From IMG/VR virus record IMGVR_UViG_3300025141_015636: DNA of 64,000 nt; one strand, written 5' to 3'. This document shows, one piece after another, positions 19,443-29,761 of this stretch. This DNA comes from an uncultured virus (IMG/VR IMGVR_UViG_3300025141_015636). Lineage: Duplodnaviria > Heunggongvirae > Uroviricota > Caudoviricetes. The first letter of the stretch is position 1, and each line of letters starts with the position of its first letter. The notes under the pieces were generated by a model that saw only the letters and a list, made by a program, of their open reading frames with translations, made no database searches and was not told where the DNA came from. The position numbers were made by a program, and so were the translations under genes.

Positions 19443-22400
19443 ATGAAAATAGTTCATATTGCAGACATACACTGGCGTGGTCTTTCACGCCACGATGAAT
19501 ACATAGAGTCATTTAAAGATTTCTTTAAATCATGCAGATCTCTTTCACCAGACGTAATATACGTTGGAGGAGATATTGTACATTCAAAAACTCAAGGTAT
19601 CTCACCAGAGCTTATTGAAAATCTTACGTGGTGGTTTGAAGAGCTATGCAAGATATGTCCAGTCCATGTTATACTTGGAAATCATGACGGATTAATCATG
19701 AACAAGGATAGGCAGGATGCAATAACACCAATACTCTCTGCAATTGGCAATAAAAATATACACTTGTATAAAAAATCTGGAATATATCCTACAGGTATTA
19801 GCGGATTTAACTGGTGTGTATTCTCATGTTTCGATGAAGAAGGATGGCCAAGAGTTGTCCCAGTTGATAATGAAATAAATATTGCACTATTTCATGGTCC
19901 TGTATGGGGTTCAAAAACAGATATAGATTGGGAGATAGATGGCGACGTAACAGATGACTTCTTTGATATGTTTGATTTTACCATGCTAGGTGATATACAC
20001 AGGGCACAATTTTTAAATAAAGAAAAAACAATGGCATACTGTGGATCATCAATACAACAAAACTATGGTGAAAGTCAAGGAAAGGGATTTCTATTTTGGG
20101 ATATTAAAGATAAAAACGATTTCACAGTTAAGTTTTATCCAATACTTCATTCAACACCGTTTGTAACAATTGAGTGGAAAGGAAATGTCGAAGATACGAT
20201 TAATGAAGCAAAAAGATTTCCAAAGAAATCAAGATTTAGAATAAAGTCAGATACAATAATAACACAAGCAGATTCTCAAGAAATAGGATCAATACTTAAA
20301 AAGCAACATTTTGCAACTGAAGTTGTTTTTAAAAATGATCACCAGTTTGATCCAAAGAAATATCACATATCAATAGGAAATAATTCTGAAACATTAAATC
20401 TTAGAGATCCTTCTTTTCATAAATTTCTATTTAAAGATTTTTTTAAAAATTCAAATCTTCTAGATGAAGAATCAGAAGATATGAATAATCTAATAGTAAA
20501 GTATATATCAGAGATTAGTGAGAAAGACGAAATTCTAAGAAACTCTAGATGGGAAATTGAAAATATAAAGTTTGATAATTTATTTGCTTATGGAAAAAAC
20601 AATTATATAAATTTTAAATCTAATCCTGGAATAACTGGAATATTTGGAAAAAATGCAAGAGGAAAATCTTCTATAATTGGATCAATGATGTATTGTTTAT
20701 TTAATACAACTGATAGGGGATCTGTAAAAAACTTGCACATTATCAATACAAGAAAAAATTCATGTCATGCATCAATAGAGATAAATTTAAATGGAGAAAA
20801 ATTTAGAATAAAAAGATCTACAGTAAAGCATACAACGAGAAAGGGAGAAGAATATGCTTCAACATCACTTCAAATAGAAAGAATTGATGAAAGTGGATCT
20901 GTTGTTGAAAACCTTAGTGAGGAACAGCGAAGGGAGACAGAGAAAACTTTAAGAAGAATGATAGGAATATCTGATGATTTTTTAATGACATCTCTTGCAT
21001 CTCAAGGCGGCATGAATAACTTTTTAAATGAAGGTGCTACATCAAGAAAATCAATATTGACAAAATTTCTAGATCTTGAAGTGTTTGATAAGATGAATGA
21101 TATGTGTAAGCGAGATTCATCCCAAATAAGAGATATTATGAGGTCTATAGAAAATAAAGATTGGGATGTAGTAATACCTGAAGTAGAGATTGAGATAGAA
21201 AAGAAGAAGCTAAGTCTTACAGAAATATCTAATAAAATATCTTTAAATAGAAAAATACTAGGTGACCTTAGGGTAAAGATAGCGTCTAGCGATTCTTCCA
21301 GTAGCTTTACAATAGGACAGGTTAATGAGCAGAAAAAAGTTGTTAAATCTATAGACATAGAAAGTAATAAAGTCTTAGACCGCATATTAAGTGAAAAGGA
21401 AGGCGCCCTAGATCTCAATGAAAAGTTAGAAAAGATAATATCTGTAGTAGATTCAGTTTCAATAGAAGAGCTTAAAAGCCAGAGAGACGCAAAGATATCT
21501 CTTGAGAAAACTTCTATATCTCTTTGTGGCCAGAGAGATGGAATAGCAAAAGAGCTAGAAAGAATAGAGAAGTCTGCAGAGAGTCTAAGCATAGTCCCTT
21601 GCGGCGATCAATATCCTTCATGTATGTTTATAAAATCTTCACATGAAGACAAAGCTATGATAAAAGATCATCTTGAATCGCTATCTGAAACACTGGATGA
21701 AATAGAGAGAGCATCTGACTGTATTAAAGTTTTATCTGAAATAGACCCGGAAGATAAAATTAGAAAATATAATGCCCTTATATCTAGACAGAAAGACCTA
21801 GAGCACTCCATTATTAGGAGTAATTCAAATATAGAAAATTTAACAGATAAGTCATTAATACTAAAAGAAAAGTTGTCTAAAGAAAAGGCTCGACTAGATG
21901 AGATGAATCTTATGATATTAAGTGATGATGAGTCAATTGTGCATGATAAAATAGACAATATATCTAAGTTTATTTCAAATCTCGATCTAGACAAAAATAG
22001 CATCATCGAAGAAATAGCTACACTAAAGATAAGAAAAAATTCACTATCTGACGATAGGGACAGATTCAAAGAGATAAAGGATCAGTTAAAAATTTACGAC
22101 TTATTTATGCAAGCATCATCAAAGAAGGGTATTCCGTTAAGAATAATGATGTCAAGACTCCCGATTATTAATTCTGAGATATCAAAAATACTTCTCGGGG
22201 TCGTAGACTTTACAATAAATCTTGAAGCAGATAGTGATTCAAATTCAATGGATATCTATATAGATTACGGAGATAGCAAGAGAGTTATTGAGCTTGCGTC
22301 TGGCATGGAAAAAATGATAGCATCTCTTGCCATTAGGGTTGCCTTGATAAATACTTCATCACTTACAAAAACAAATATGATAATAATAGATGAAGGATTT

Positions 22401-22571
22401 GGTGCTCTTGACGAAACAAATCTTGAATCTTGTGCAAGACTTCTCGAATCTTTAAAGAGATGGTTTAGAAATATAATAGTTATTTCTCATGTTGATGCTG
22501 TAAAAGATTGTGTTGATGGATCGCTGGAGATTACAAAAAATGGAAAGGATTCATATGTCTATTGTGAGTAA
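19443..22571 (+). CDS. Fused Mre11/SbcD nuclease - Rad50/SbcC ATPase (gp47-gp46-like recombination nuclease)
   Basis: Phosphoesterase motifs ADIH, GGD, GNHD, HG, GDIH, then Walker A GKNARGKSS, a coiled coil, signature ASGMEK, Walker B IIIDEGFGALD and ISH, all in one ORF. Confidence 0.92.
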   Translation: MKIVHIADIHWRGLSRHDEYIESFKDFFKSCRSLSPDVIYVGGDIVHSKTQGISPELIENLTWWFEELCKICPVHVILGNHDGLIMNKDRQDAITPILSAIGNKNIHLYKKSGIYPTGISGFNWCVFSCFDEEGWPRVVPVDNEINIALFHGPVWGSKTDIDWEIDGDVTDDFFDMFDFTMLGDIHRAQFLNKEKTMAYCGSSIQQNYGESQGKGFLFWDIKDKNDFTVKFYPILHSTPFVTIEWKGNVEDTINEAKRFPKKSRFRIKSDTIITQADSQEIGSILKKQHFATEVVFKNDHQFDPKKYHISIGNNSETLNLRDPSFHKFLFKDFFKNSNLLDEESEDMNNLIVKYISEISEKDEILRNSRWEIENIKFDNLFAYGKNNYINFKSNPGITGIFGKNARGKSSIIGSMMYCLFNTTDRGSVKNLHIINTRKNSCHASIEINLNGEKFRIKRSTVKHTTRKGEEYASTSLQIERIDESGSVVENLSEEQRRETEKTLRRMIGISDDFLMTSLASQGGMNNFLNEGATSRKSILTKFLDLEVFDKMNDMCKRDSSQIRDIMRSIENKDWDVVIPEVEIEIEKKKLSLTEISNKISLNRKILGDLRVKIASSDSSSSFTIGQVNEQKKVVKSIDIESNKVLDRILSEKEGALDLNEKLEKIISVVDSVSIEELKSQRDAKISLEKTSISLCGQRDGIAKELERIEKSAESLSIVPCGDQYPSCMFIKSSHEDKAMIKDHLESLSETLDEIERASDCIKVLSEIDPEDKIRKYNALISRQKDLEHSIIRSNSNIENLTDKSLILKEKLSKEKARLDEMNLMILSDDESIVHDKIDNISKFISNLDLDKNSIIEEIATLKIRKNSLSDDRDRFKEIKDQLKIYDLFMQASSKKGIPLRIMMSRLPIINSEISKILLGVVDFTINLEADSDSNSMDIYIDYGDSKRVIELASGMEKMIASLAIRVALINTSSLTKTNMIIIDEGFGALDETNLESCARLLESLKRWFRNIIVISHVDAVKDCVDGSLEITKNGKDSYVYCE

Positions 22572-22803
22572 TAAAATTCCAATCTTTTGTCCAATGTGTG
22601 ATATAATGATGGGAACAGGTCAGGATACAGAGTTTTTTCTTACATACGGGGTTTGTAAAGATTGTTCAATAATGTTTGCAGAACCTAGAAAGAAAAAATG
22701 GAAAGAGGGCTGGAGGCCTTCTGAAAAAGAAATTAAAGAATTTAAAAGTACAAATTCAAAAAGAGTATTTTCAATTCTTTCGCAAATAGATAATTACATT
22801 TAG
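22555..22803 (+). CDS. Small zinc-finger protein
   Basis: CPMC...CKDC...WKEGWRP. The start is better placed at ATG 22555 (AAAGGA upstream) than at 22510. Confidence 0.7.
   Translation: MSIVSNKIPIFCPMCDIMMGTGQDTEFFLTYGVCKDCSIMFAEPRKKKWKEGWRPSEKEIKEFKSTNSKRVFSILSQIDNYI
22790..22796 (+). promoter_or_regulatory. Putative late promoter (ATANTTA)
   Basis: ATAATTA 17 nt before the 22814 start, at the head of the terminase operon. Confidence 0.4.
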
Positions 22804-22813
22804 AGGAAATAAA

Positions 22814-23200
22814 ATGCTAAATTCACAAGAAGTCAATATTTTAGGTCAAATTTGCAATGGAACATGGGGAAAAGGTTCATACGGAAACAATCGTGTCCCT
22901 ACAATGTCAATAACAACATCTCTTCAGGGAAATATTATGACATGCACATATACAACAGTTGTAAATCTAGCGTCTGAAAGAAATCTTAGAGATCAATCAA
23001 AAGTTTTTGAATCAGAGTCAGTTAGTATGCTAAAGCAATATTTTGACAATATAAAGTCTGAGTTCAAGAGTAATGCTGGTAGATCACTAAAGGCAAAGGA
23101 AGTCTCAAATACAGATTCTATTGAGCTTATTACAACGTCACCCTATACTCCTAGAAAGACTGCTTACTATAGAAGATTTATAAACTATGAAGTAGAGTAG
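22814..23200 (+). CDS. Hypothetical protein immediately upstream of the terminase
   Basis: 128 aa, SD GAGG, 1-nt gap to the terminase; function not recognisable. Confidence 0.7.
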   Translation: MLNSQEVNILGQICNGTWGKGSYGNNRVPTMSITTSLQGNIMTCTYTTVVNLASERNLRDQSKVFESESVSMLKQYFDNIKSEFKSNAGRSLKAKEVSNTDSIELITTSPYTPRKTAYYRRFINYEVE

Positions 23201-23201
23201 T

Positions 23202-24830
23202 ATGTCTGCCAGCAAGTCAAGGCAAATAAAAGAGATAGTTAAAAGTGGAAAAAATCCTGTATACTTTTTTAATAGCTACTTAAAGATACAGCATCCAATA
23301 AAGGGATTAATTGGGTTTGATACATATAAGTTTCAAGATGACTGTGTTGAAGACTTTATAGAGAATAGATTTAATATAATATTAAAGTCTAGACAGCTAG
23401 GAATGTCAACACTGGTTGCAGCATATGCTGTCTGGATGGCACTTTTCCAGAGAGATAAAAATGTACTAGTAATTGCTACAAAGCTTAGTGTTGCTCAAAA
23501 CTTTATATCAAAAGTTAAAATAATGATAAGAAGTCTTCCCAGCTGGATAGTAATGCCTTCAATAACAACTAATAATAAACAGTTAATTGAATTAAGCAAT
23601 GGTTCATCAATAAAGGCAATTCCAACATCAGACGACGCAGGTAGATCAGAAGCACTATCACTGCTTATAGTAGATGAGGCTGCTTTTGTTAAAAACTTTG
23701 ATGAACTTTGGATGGGATTGTATCCTACGATATCTACCGGTGGCCGAGTTATAATTTTATCTACACCGAATGGTGTAGGTGGCCAGTATTACAAACTCTA
23801 TAAAGATGCAGAGACAAATCTAAATGAATTTAATCCAATAAAGCTTCCGTGGGACGCGCATCCCGATAGAGACGATGAGTGGTTTAGCGAAACAACGAAA
23901 AACCTATCAGATAGACAAATTGCCCAGGAGTATCTCTGTGACTTCGCATCGTCGGGAGAAACGTTTCTATCAAGCATAGATATGGAGTACATCAGAGCGC
24001 AAATAAGACCACCTAGAGATAGGTCTGGACCAGATATGGGTGTGTGGATATGGGAATACCCGCTTTCAGAGCACAGTTACATAATTTCAGCAGACGTTTC
24101 TAGGGGAGACTCTCGCGATTACTCTACATTTCATGTTATAGATGTAACTTCCGGAGAGTGTGTTGCAGAATATAAGGGTAAAATTCCGCCAGATAGATTT
24201 GGAGAGCTCATAGCAGAGTTTGGAATGAAGTATAATAAAGCTCTTGTTTGTCCTGAGAATAATAGCTATGGATATGCAACTATATTAAAAATGAAAGAGA
24301 TAGATTATCCCAACATGTATTACAAGAAAAGAAAAGCAGTGTATATTGGTGGGTATACGCCCGAATATGACACAGATCTTGCTGGATTTACAACAAGCGG
24401 AAGGACAAGATCTTTAATTTTAACAAAACTAGAAGAAGTCTTGAGAAATAAAATGATAAAAATATATAGCTCTAGATTCTATGATGAGCTTAAGACTTTT
24501 GTATGGATTGGAAATAAGGCGCAAGGTATGAAAGGTCACAATGATGATCTTGTTATGAGTTTTGCAATAGGTACTTGGCTTTATGATGCATCTGAAGACT
24601 ATAGTAAAAATTCAAGATTAATTAATGATGCCATGTTAAAAGCAATGTCAGTTACAAGAAATTCTTATGATGATCTTCCAGATGCTATACTTGACGGAAG
24701 GCCTCATAATAATAAATCACAAGAAAACAAGAATGTTGACAAAAAGTCAAAAATTGATAGAAATATACACGGTACGGAAACTAATAAAAAGTTAAAAATA
24801 CTTAGTGAATGGGATTGGATACTTAAATAA
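23202..24830 (+). CDS. Terminase large subunit (T4 gp17-like)
   Basis: YKFQ adenine-binding motif, Walker A KSRQLGMST, Walker B LLIVDEAAF, STPNG coupling motif, nuclease ISADVSRG...DYS, PENNSYG and HNDDLVM. Confidence 0.95.
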   Translation: MSASKSRQIKEIVKSGKNPVYFFNSYLKIQHPIKGLIGFDTYKFQDDCVEDFIENRFNIILKSRQLGMSTLVAAYAVWMALFQRDKNVLVIATKLSVAQNFISKVKIMIRSLPSWIVMPSITTNNKQLIELSNGSSIKAIPTSDDAGRSEALSLLIVDEAAFVKNFDELWMGLYPTISTGGRVIILSTPNGVGGQYYKLYKDAETNLNEFNPIKLPWDAHPDRDDEWFSETTKNLSDRQIAQEYLCDFASSGETFLSSIDMEYIRAQIRPPRDRSGPDMGVWIWEYPLSEHSYIISADVSRGDSRDYSTFHVIDVTSGECVAEYKGKIPPDRFGELIAEFGMKYNKALVCPENNSYGYATILKMKEIDYPNMYYKKRKAVYIGGYTPEYDTDLAGFTTSGRTRSLILTKLEEVLRNKMIKIYSSRFYDELKTFVWIGNKAQGMKGHNDDLVMSFAIGTWLYDASEDYSKNSRLINDAMLKAMSVTRNSYDDLPDAILDGRPHNNKSQENKNVDKKSKIDRNIHGTETNKKLKILSEWDWILK

Positions 24831-24835
24831 GTATC
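24818..24835 (+). promoter_or_regulatory. Inverted repeat containing the ATACTTA late-promoter candidate, upstream of the portal
   Basis: GATACTTA-AA-TAAGTATC perfect 8-bp inverted repeat over the terminase stop codon. Confidence 0.45.
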
Positions 24836-24847
24836 AGGGATAGCTAG

Positions 24848-26905
24848 ATGGCAAATGAATCAGGTGCGGCACTATTTAGAAGACTAACAACTCTTTTTAG
24901 AAGTGGTCCAGTAGTAAAGAGAAAAGTAAGATCACTGGATTCGAGTGTAAAGACTTCCTCTGCATTCGAAACATTCAGAAAAAATCAAAGTAGCGTGTAT
25001 AGCTCAGCAATGAGTGCATACGGAACATATGATAGAATGGCTAGATACTCTGATTTTTCAGAAATGGAGTACACACCTGAAATAAGTTCAGCGCTAGATA
25101 TATACTCTGAAGAAACAGTTGCTTCAGATGAACACGGTAGAGTTCTACACATATATTCAGAAAATCCAACAATTGATAATCTTTTAAATGATCTCTTTTA
25201 TGATACACTGAATGTAGAATTTAACTTGACTGCTTGGGCAAGAAATTTATGCAAGTATGGAGACTTCTTTCTTTTCAATGACGTTAGTCCTGAGCATGGA
25301 GTAATAAGTGCATTTCCAATACCAGTAAATGAAATAGAGCGAGAAGAGGGTTTCGATCCAGATGACCCATCTGCAGTAAGATTTAGATGGGTAACGCAGG
25401 GAAATCAGGTGCTTGAAAACTGGCAAGTATCTCATATGAGAGTCTTAGGTAACGATGCATTTTTACCATATGGATCATCAGTTTTAGAGGCTGCAAGAAG
25501 AATATGGAGACAGCTAATACTTGTAGAAGATGCAATGCTTGTATATAGAATAGTAAGATCTCCTGAAAGAAGAGTATTCTATATAGATGTTGGAAATGTA
25601 CCGCCCGAGGATATTGGAAATTATATGGAGCAAGTTCAGACAACTTTGAAAAAAGCACAAGTTGTTGATAAATCTACTGGAAGAGTTGATCTGAGATACA
25701 ATCCTTTGTCTGTAGATGAGGACTACTACCTTCCTGTTCGAGGATCAGAGTCGGGAACAAAAATAGACACCCTCGCTGGAGGCGCAAATGCAACTGCAAT
25801 TGAGGATGTCGAATATATTCAAAAGAAATTATTTGCTGCTCTAAAGATTCCAAAAGCTTACCTTGGATACGATGAAGGCCTTGGTGCAAAAGCAACACTA
25901 TCACAAGAAGATATAAGATTTAGTAGAACAATAGCTAGAATTCAGAGAACAATTATAGCTGAATTAAATAAAATAGCAATTATACACTTATATTGTAATG
26001 GGTTTGAAGGAGAGGATCTTTTAGATTTTAAATTACACCTTTCAAATCCATCAACTATAGCACAGCAACAAAAGCTTGAACTTTATAGAACTAGATTCGA
26101 CATAGCAACATCTGCAAATGGAATAGAGGGTCTTGTAAGCAGGGACTGGATTAGAAAAATTGTCTTTAATATGACGGATGATGATATTTTATCAATTCAA
26201 AGAGAAAGAGAGGAAGACAAGCTAAAGGATCTCGAAGTAGAGGCAATAACACTTCCTGGTGATGATGACTCTGCAATGGATGCAGGTGATGATATGGGAA
26301 TGCCATCATCTCCTGGCGGAGATGATGGTCCAGAAGATCTAACTGCTGGAGATCCAATGAATTCAGCAGGATTACCAATGCTATCAGAACCTAATTTAAA
26401 AAATCTTTCACTATCAGATGATAATGCACCAATAGTTGCACAAAAGAAAGTAGATATGATTACAAGGTCGATATCTGAGGATTCAGAAATTAAAGTAGAT
26501 GACGAAGAAACAGATGACAAAGATACTAATGAGGATGAAAGAACTCCTTCAGAAGTAAGAGCTGACAATAGAAAGAGATCAAAAAAGAGCCCATTTGTAG
26601 ATCATTACAGGCTAACAACACATGATCCAAAAAATCCTTCAGATTCTGTATCTGGAAACATAGCCAAGGCTGAAAGATACAAAGCAGCATCTCAGCTAAG
26701 AGATGATATAACAGGCGGTATGAGAACTGCACACAAGATGCCAACACTGTCAGAATATGATGATTTTATGTCAACTTTTATTGATGGAAAGATGCAACAT
26801 CAGGCTAGAATGACAGATACTCTAAAGTCTACGTTAAAATCTCTCGATAGAAATATACATATAGATAGAAGAAGAACAATATTGTCTGAAGACAAAGAGG
26901 TGTAA
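24848..26905 (+). CDS. Portal protein (T4 gp20-like) with a long acidic C-terminal extension
   Basis: EDAMLVYRIVRSPERRVFYIDVGNVP, EDYYLPVRG...TKIDTLAGG and KLFAALKIPK are gp20 family hallmarks. Confidence 0.95.
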   Translation: MANESGAALFRRLTTLFRSGPVVKRKVRSLDSSVKTSSAFETFRKNQSSVYSSAMSAYGTYDRMARYSDFSEMEYTPEISSALDIYSEETVASDEHGRVLHIYSENPTIDNLLNDLFYDTLNVEFNLTAWARNLCKYGDFFLFNDVSPEHGVISAFPIPVNEIEREEGFDPDDPSAVRFRWVTQGNQVLENWQVSHMRVLGNDAFLPYGSSVLEAARRIWRQLILVEDAMLVYRIVRSPERRVFYIDVGNVPPEDIGNYMEQVQTTLKKAQVVDKSTGRVDLRYNPLSVDEDYYLPVRGSESGTKIDTLAGGANATAIEDVEYIQKKLFAALKIPKAYLGYDEGLGAKATLSQEDIRFSRTIARIQRTIIAELNKIAIIHLYCNGFEGEDLLDFKLHLSNPSTIAQQQKLELYRTRFDIATSANGIEGLVSRDWIRKIVFNMTDDDILSIQREREEDKLKDLEVEAITLPGDDDSAMDAGDDMGMPSSPGGDDGPEDLTAGDPMNSAGLPMLSEPNLKNLSLSDDNAPIVAQKKVDMITRSISEDSEIKVDDEETDDKDTNEDERTPSEVRADNRKRSKKSPFVDHYRLTTHDPKNPSDSVSGNIAKAERYKAASQLRDDITGGMRTAHKMPTLSEYDDFMSTFIDGKMQHQARMTDTLKSTLKSLDRNIHIDRRRTILSEDKEV

Positions 26906-26909
26906 AATC

Positions 26910-27779
26910 GTGCCAAAATCTCACAATAAGAAAAGAAATGTAGGGATAGTATACGAGCTTTTGCTTAGAAGAATTTCTCAATGCCTTATCGAAGGTAACA
27001 ATCAAGAGGCTCAAAAGACTTTAAATATAATTTCCAAAAGATTTAAAAAGGGAACAGAACTTTATAAGGAGTTTAGACTCTTTAGAGCCCTTGCAAAATC
27101 ATCTGTTAGTGATACCGCAATAGCAGCAGCAATTATAACAGAAGCAAAGTCAGCTGCAAGAAAAACAAACACCAGGGATCTTAATAAAGAAAAGTCAATG
27201 CTCATAAGGGAAATGAACCATACCCTGGATGACTCAAATCTATATAGAAGATTTATACCAGACTATAAAAATCTAGCTACGATTCAAGTTTTGCTAAATG
27301 ACTGGAGAGATGGTGAGTCAGTAGATATTGAAAGAATGGCAAAATATGAATCACAAATAATAACTCATTTGATAAAAGAAAAAAATGATATTGACATAGA
27401 AGATCATCAGGATAAAGACATAGATTCACTTGTTGTTAAAATAATGACAGAGAAAATTAATAAAAAGTATAGTAGAATGTTTGATAGCAATCAGAGAGAT
27501 CTTATAAAAGAATACGCATTTTCAATACAGTCTGGAGATTCTACTTCACTAAGATCTAAAATTATAGATGTAAAAAGAAAATCAATTGAAGATCTAGATG
27601 CTCTTGAAAGCAGTGCGAAAAATGAAACAATTTCAAAAAAAATATCAAATGTTAGAGAGAAGATAGTTAATGAATCTGTTCCAGATGTATTGGTTGATAT
27701 AGATGATACGAAGGTTACAAGATTTTTAACTCTTATAGATATGTCAAACCAGATAAGGAATTATACTCATGGAAAATAA
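26910..27779 (+). CDS. Prohead core / head assembly protein (putative)
   Basis: Helical 289-aa ORF between portal and protease; HNKKRNVG N-terminus; several [LIV]xE sites. Confidence 0.55.
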   Translation: MPKSHNKKRNVGIVYELLLRRISQCLIEGNNQEAQKTLNIISKRFKKGTELYKEFRLFRALAKSSVSDTAIAAAIITEAKSAARKTNTRDLNKEKSMLIREMNHTLDDSNLYRRFIPDYKNLATIQVLLNDWRDGESVDIERMAKYESQIITHLIKEKNDIDIEDHQDKDIDSLVVKIMTEKINKKYSRMFDSNQRDLIKEYAFSIQSGDSTSLRSKIIDVKRKSIEDLDALESSAKNETISKKISNVREKIVNESVPDVLVDIDDTKVTRFLTLIDMSNQIRNYTHGK

Positions 27780-28386
27780 AAATTTGAAGCTTTTAACTGA
27801 ATGGATGCCCTTAACATACTCTAGCAAGACAATAAATGAGTCAAGATCTTTAAACGATGGAAGGATAATGCTCAGGGGGATACTTCAAAAATCAGATACA
27901 CTTAATCAAAATGGAAGAGTCTATCCGAAATCAATACTTGAAAGAGAGATAATAAATTATCAAAAGTTTATACAAGAAAATAGAGCCCTTGGAGAGTGTG
28001 ACCATCCAGATACTTCTGTAATTGAACTTAAAAATGTCTCACATATCGTTAGAGATGCTAGAATGGAAGGTAACGATGTTGTTGGAACTGTTGAGCTATT
28101 AGACACACCTGCAGGAAAAATACTTCAAAGTCTAGTAGAATCCGGTGTTACACTTGGAATATCTTCTAGAGGTGTAGGATCAACGAGATCTGAGGGAGAT
28201 ACGCAAGTTGTTCAAGAAGATTTTCAGCTAATATGTTTCGATATGGTTAGTGAGCCATCAACTCCCGGAGCATTTATGATGAACGAGTCAGTTAATGTTA
28301 ATATGTCAGATCTTGATAAACACTTTAACGATTCAGACAAGATTGATAGAATATTTAATGATATCTTAATGTGGAAAAATGAGTAA
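27769..28386 (+). CDS. Prohead protease (T4 gp21-like)
   Basis: NQNGRVYP, ALGECDHP (catalytic His), GISSRGVGS (catalytic Ser), FDMVSEPS. Confidence 0.95.
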   Translation: MENKNLKLLTEWMPLTYSSKTINESRSLNDGRIMLRGILQKSDTLNQNGRVYPKSILEREIINYQKFIQENRALGECDHPDTSVIELKNVSHIVRDARMEGNDVVGTVELLDTPAGKILQSLVESGVTLGISSRGVGSTRSEGDTQVVQEDFQLICFDMVSEPSTPGAFMMNESVNVNMSDLDKHFNDSDKIDRIFNDILMWKNE

Positions 28387-28825
28387 ATTACTAAGATCAG
28401 AACTTAAAGAAATTGTCAGAGAGTGTTTAGTTGAAATACTAACTGAGGGTGCGGGTACATCTCCTAGCAAAATATCAGAATCTACATCTAGATTAAAAAA
28501 TCAAAATTCACATATTAATAATTCCAATAGTATGAGAAGCTCTCTAGATAATATTACGTGGGGATCAAAGCAACCTATCCAAGAAGCAGCACGCGAATCA
28601 GAAAGAGATATTGTTAAAAACGTTGTAGAAGATCCACTTCTTGCTGAAATGATAGCCGGATCACATGAAACACTTATGAAGCAAAATGGAGCAGGGCATG
28701 GAATGAGAAATCCATCAATAACAGGTGATAATGCGCAGCGATCAGTTGCAAATAGTAATCCTGTTGACTTGTTTGGAGATGCTGCAGGAAAATGGGCTCA
28801 TCTTGCATTTAATGGTACTGACTAG
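28379..28825 (+). CDS. Small head-module protein (putative core/internal protein)
   Basis: Starts LKEIVRECLVEILTE; ISE and IQE sites; overlaps the protease stop. Confidence 0.65.
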   Translation: MSKLLRSELKEIVRECLVEILTEGAGTSPSKISESTSRLKNQNSHINNSNSMRSSLDNITWGSKQPIQEAARESERDIVKNVVEDPLLAEMIAGSHETLMKQNGAGHGMRNPSITGDNAQRSVANSNPVDLFGDAAGKWAHLAFNGTD

Positions 28826-28906
28826 AAATATATCTTATTGATTTTAAAATTAAGATCAAATATTTTTTTCACATAATATATAAGTATAGAAACCCCGAGG
28901 TCTAAT

Positions 28907-29164
28907 ATGTCTGATAAACATCTTACTGTTGAAAAGTTAAAAAAAATTATTTCTGAAGAAAAGAAGAAGCTAAAAGATCAAGGCTTAATATCTGTAGATA
29001 CAGTTGAAGACGCCTGGTCTGGCGGAAAAAATCTAGTAAATCAAGTAGATTTTATAAAAAAACTTGGAATAAAAGAGTCAATCTATAGAAAAAAGGCTGA
29101 AAAACTTGCAAAGCTAAGAAGAGCACTTAAAGATCAGGTTAAAAAGGAGATAAAGAATGGCTAG
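28907..29164 (+). CDS. Small head-module protein
   Basis: LKKIISEEK helix; SD GAGG; ATATATA upstream. Confidence 0.7.
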   Translation: MSDKHLTVEKLKKIISEEKKKLKDQGLISVDTVEDAWSGGKNLVNQVDFIKKLGIKESIYRKKAEKLAKLRRALKDQVKKEIKNG

Positions 29165-29756
29165 CCAATCACAATTTATAATAGATGAAGGAATAAAAGA
29201 GAGAAGTCCAGCAAAAAAAGTCGGAACAAGAAATCAGCAAAATCTTAGATCATCTTTTCCTGGATCTCCTATGTACACTGATCAAATAACAACTGATGAG
29301 AGAAAATCAACATACCAAAATCTTATATTAGATGGTGATCCAACACGACCTAGTTTTGGAACATCAACAGGACAAACAATTCCCGGAGGCGAAGGATTAG
29401 GTATAGATAAATTTAACTCTGATTATTTGCCAAACTGGGATGTTCATTTTGATGGAGGGCTAGTATCAGAAAATGAAATGACTGCAGACGGAAAAAAATT
29501 CGGAGCAGGTGAGGGCGCGCCAACTACGCCATTTATACCACCTTTGACTTCACCCGGAGAGGGAAGTATGAATGCAGCAGAGCAACCAGCGTTTGATACA
29601 TCTTCTGGTGCAGCTCCACCAGAAGCCGGAGTGGAGTTTGGGTCTGGAAAGTCATCAGATGAAAGATCACCAACAAGATCTATGAAAAATATATCTGATC
29701 AAAATATTTTAGGTTCATATATTTCAGGAAGATCTTACAACGGATCAGGAAATTAA
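29157..29756 (+). CDS. Gly/Pro/Ser-rich head-module protein
   Basis: 199-aa low-complexity ORF with strong SD AAGGAG, located between protease and scaffold. Confidence 0.7.
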   Translation: MASQSQFIIDEGIKERSPAKKVGTRNQQNLRSSFPGSPMYTDQITTDERKSTYQNLILDGDPTRPSFGTSTGQTIPGGEGLGIDKFNSDYLPNWDVHFDGGLVSENEMTADGKKFGAGEGAPTTPFIPPLTSPGEGSMNAAEQPAFDTSSGAAPPEAGVEFGSGKSSDERSPTRSMKNISDQNILGSYISGRSYNGSGN

Positions 29757-29761
29757 GAAAA

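Noticed and set aside
22814..23200. Small terminase subunit, by position
   Set aside because: No gp16-like helical/coiled-coil signature was recognised, and position alone is insufficient.
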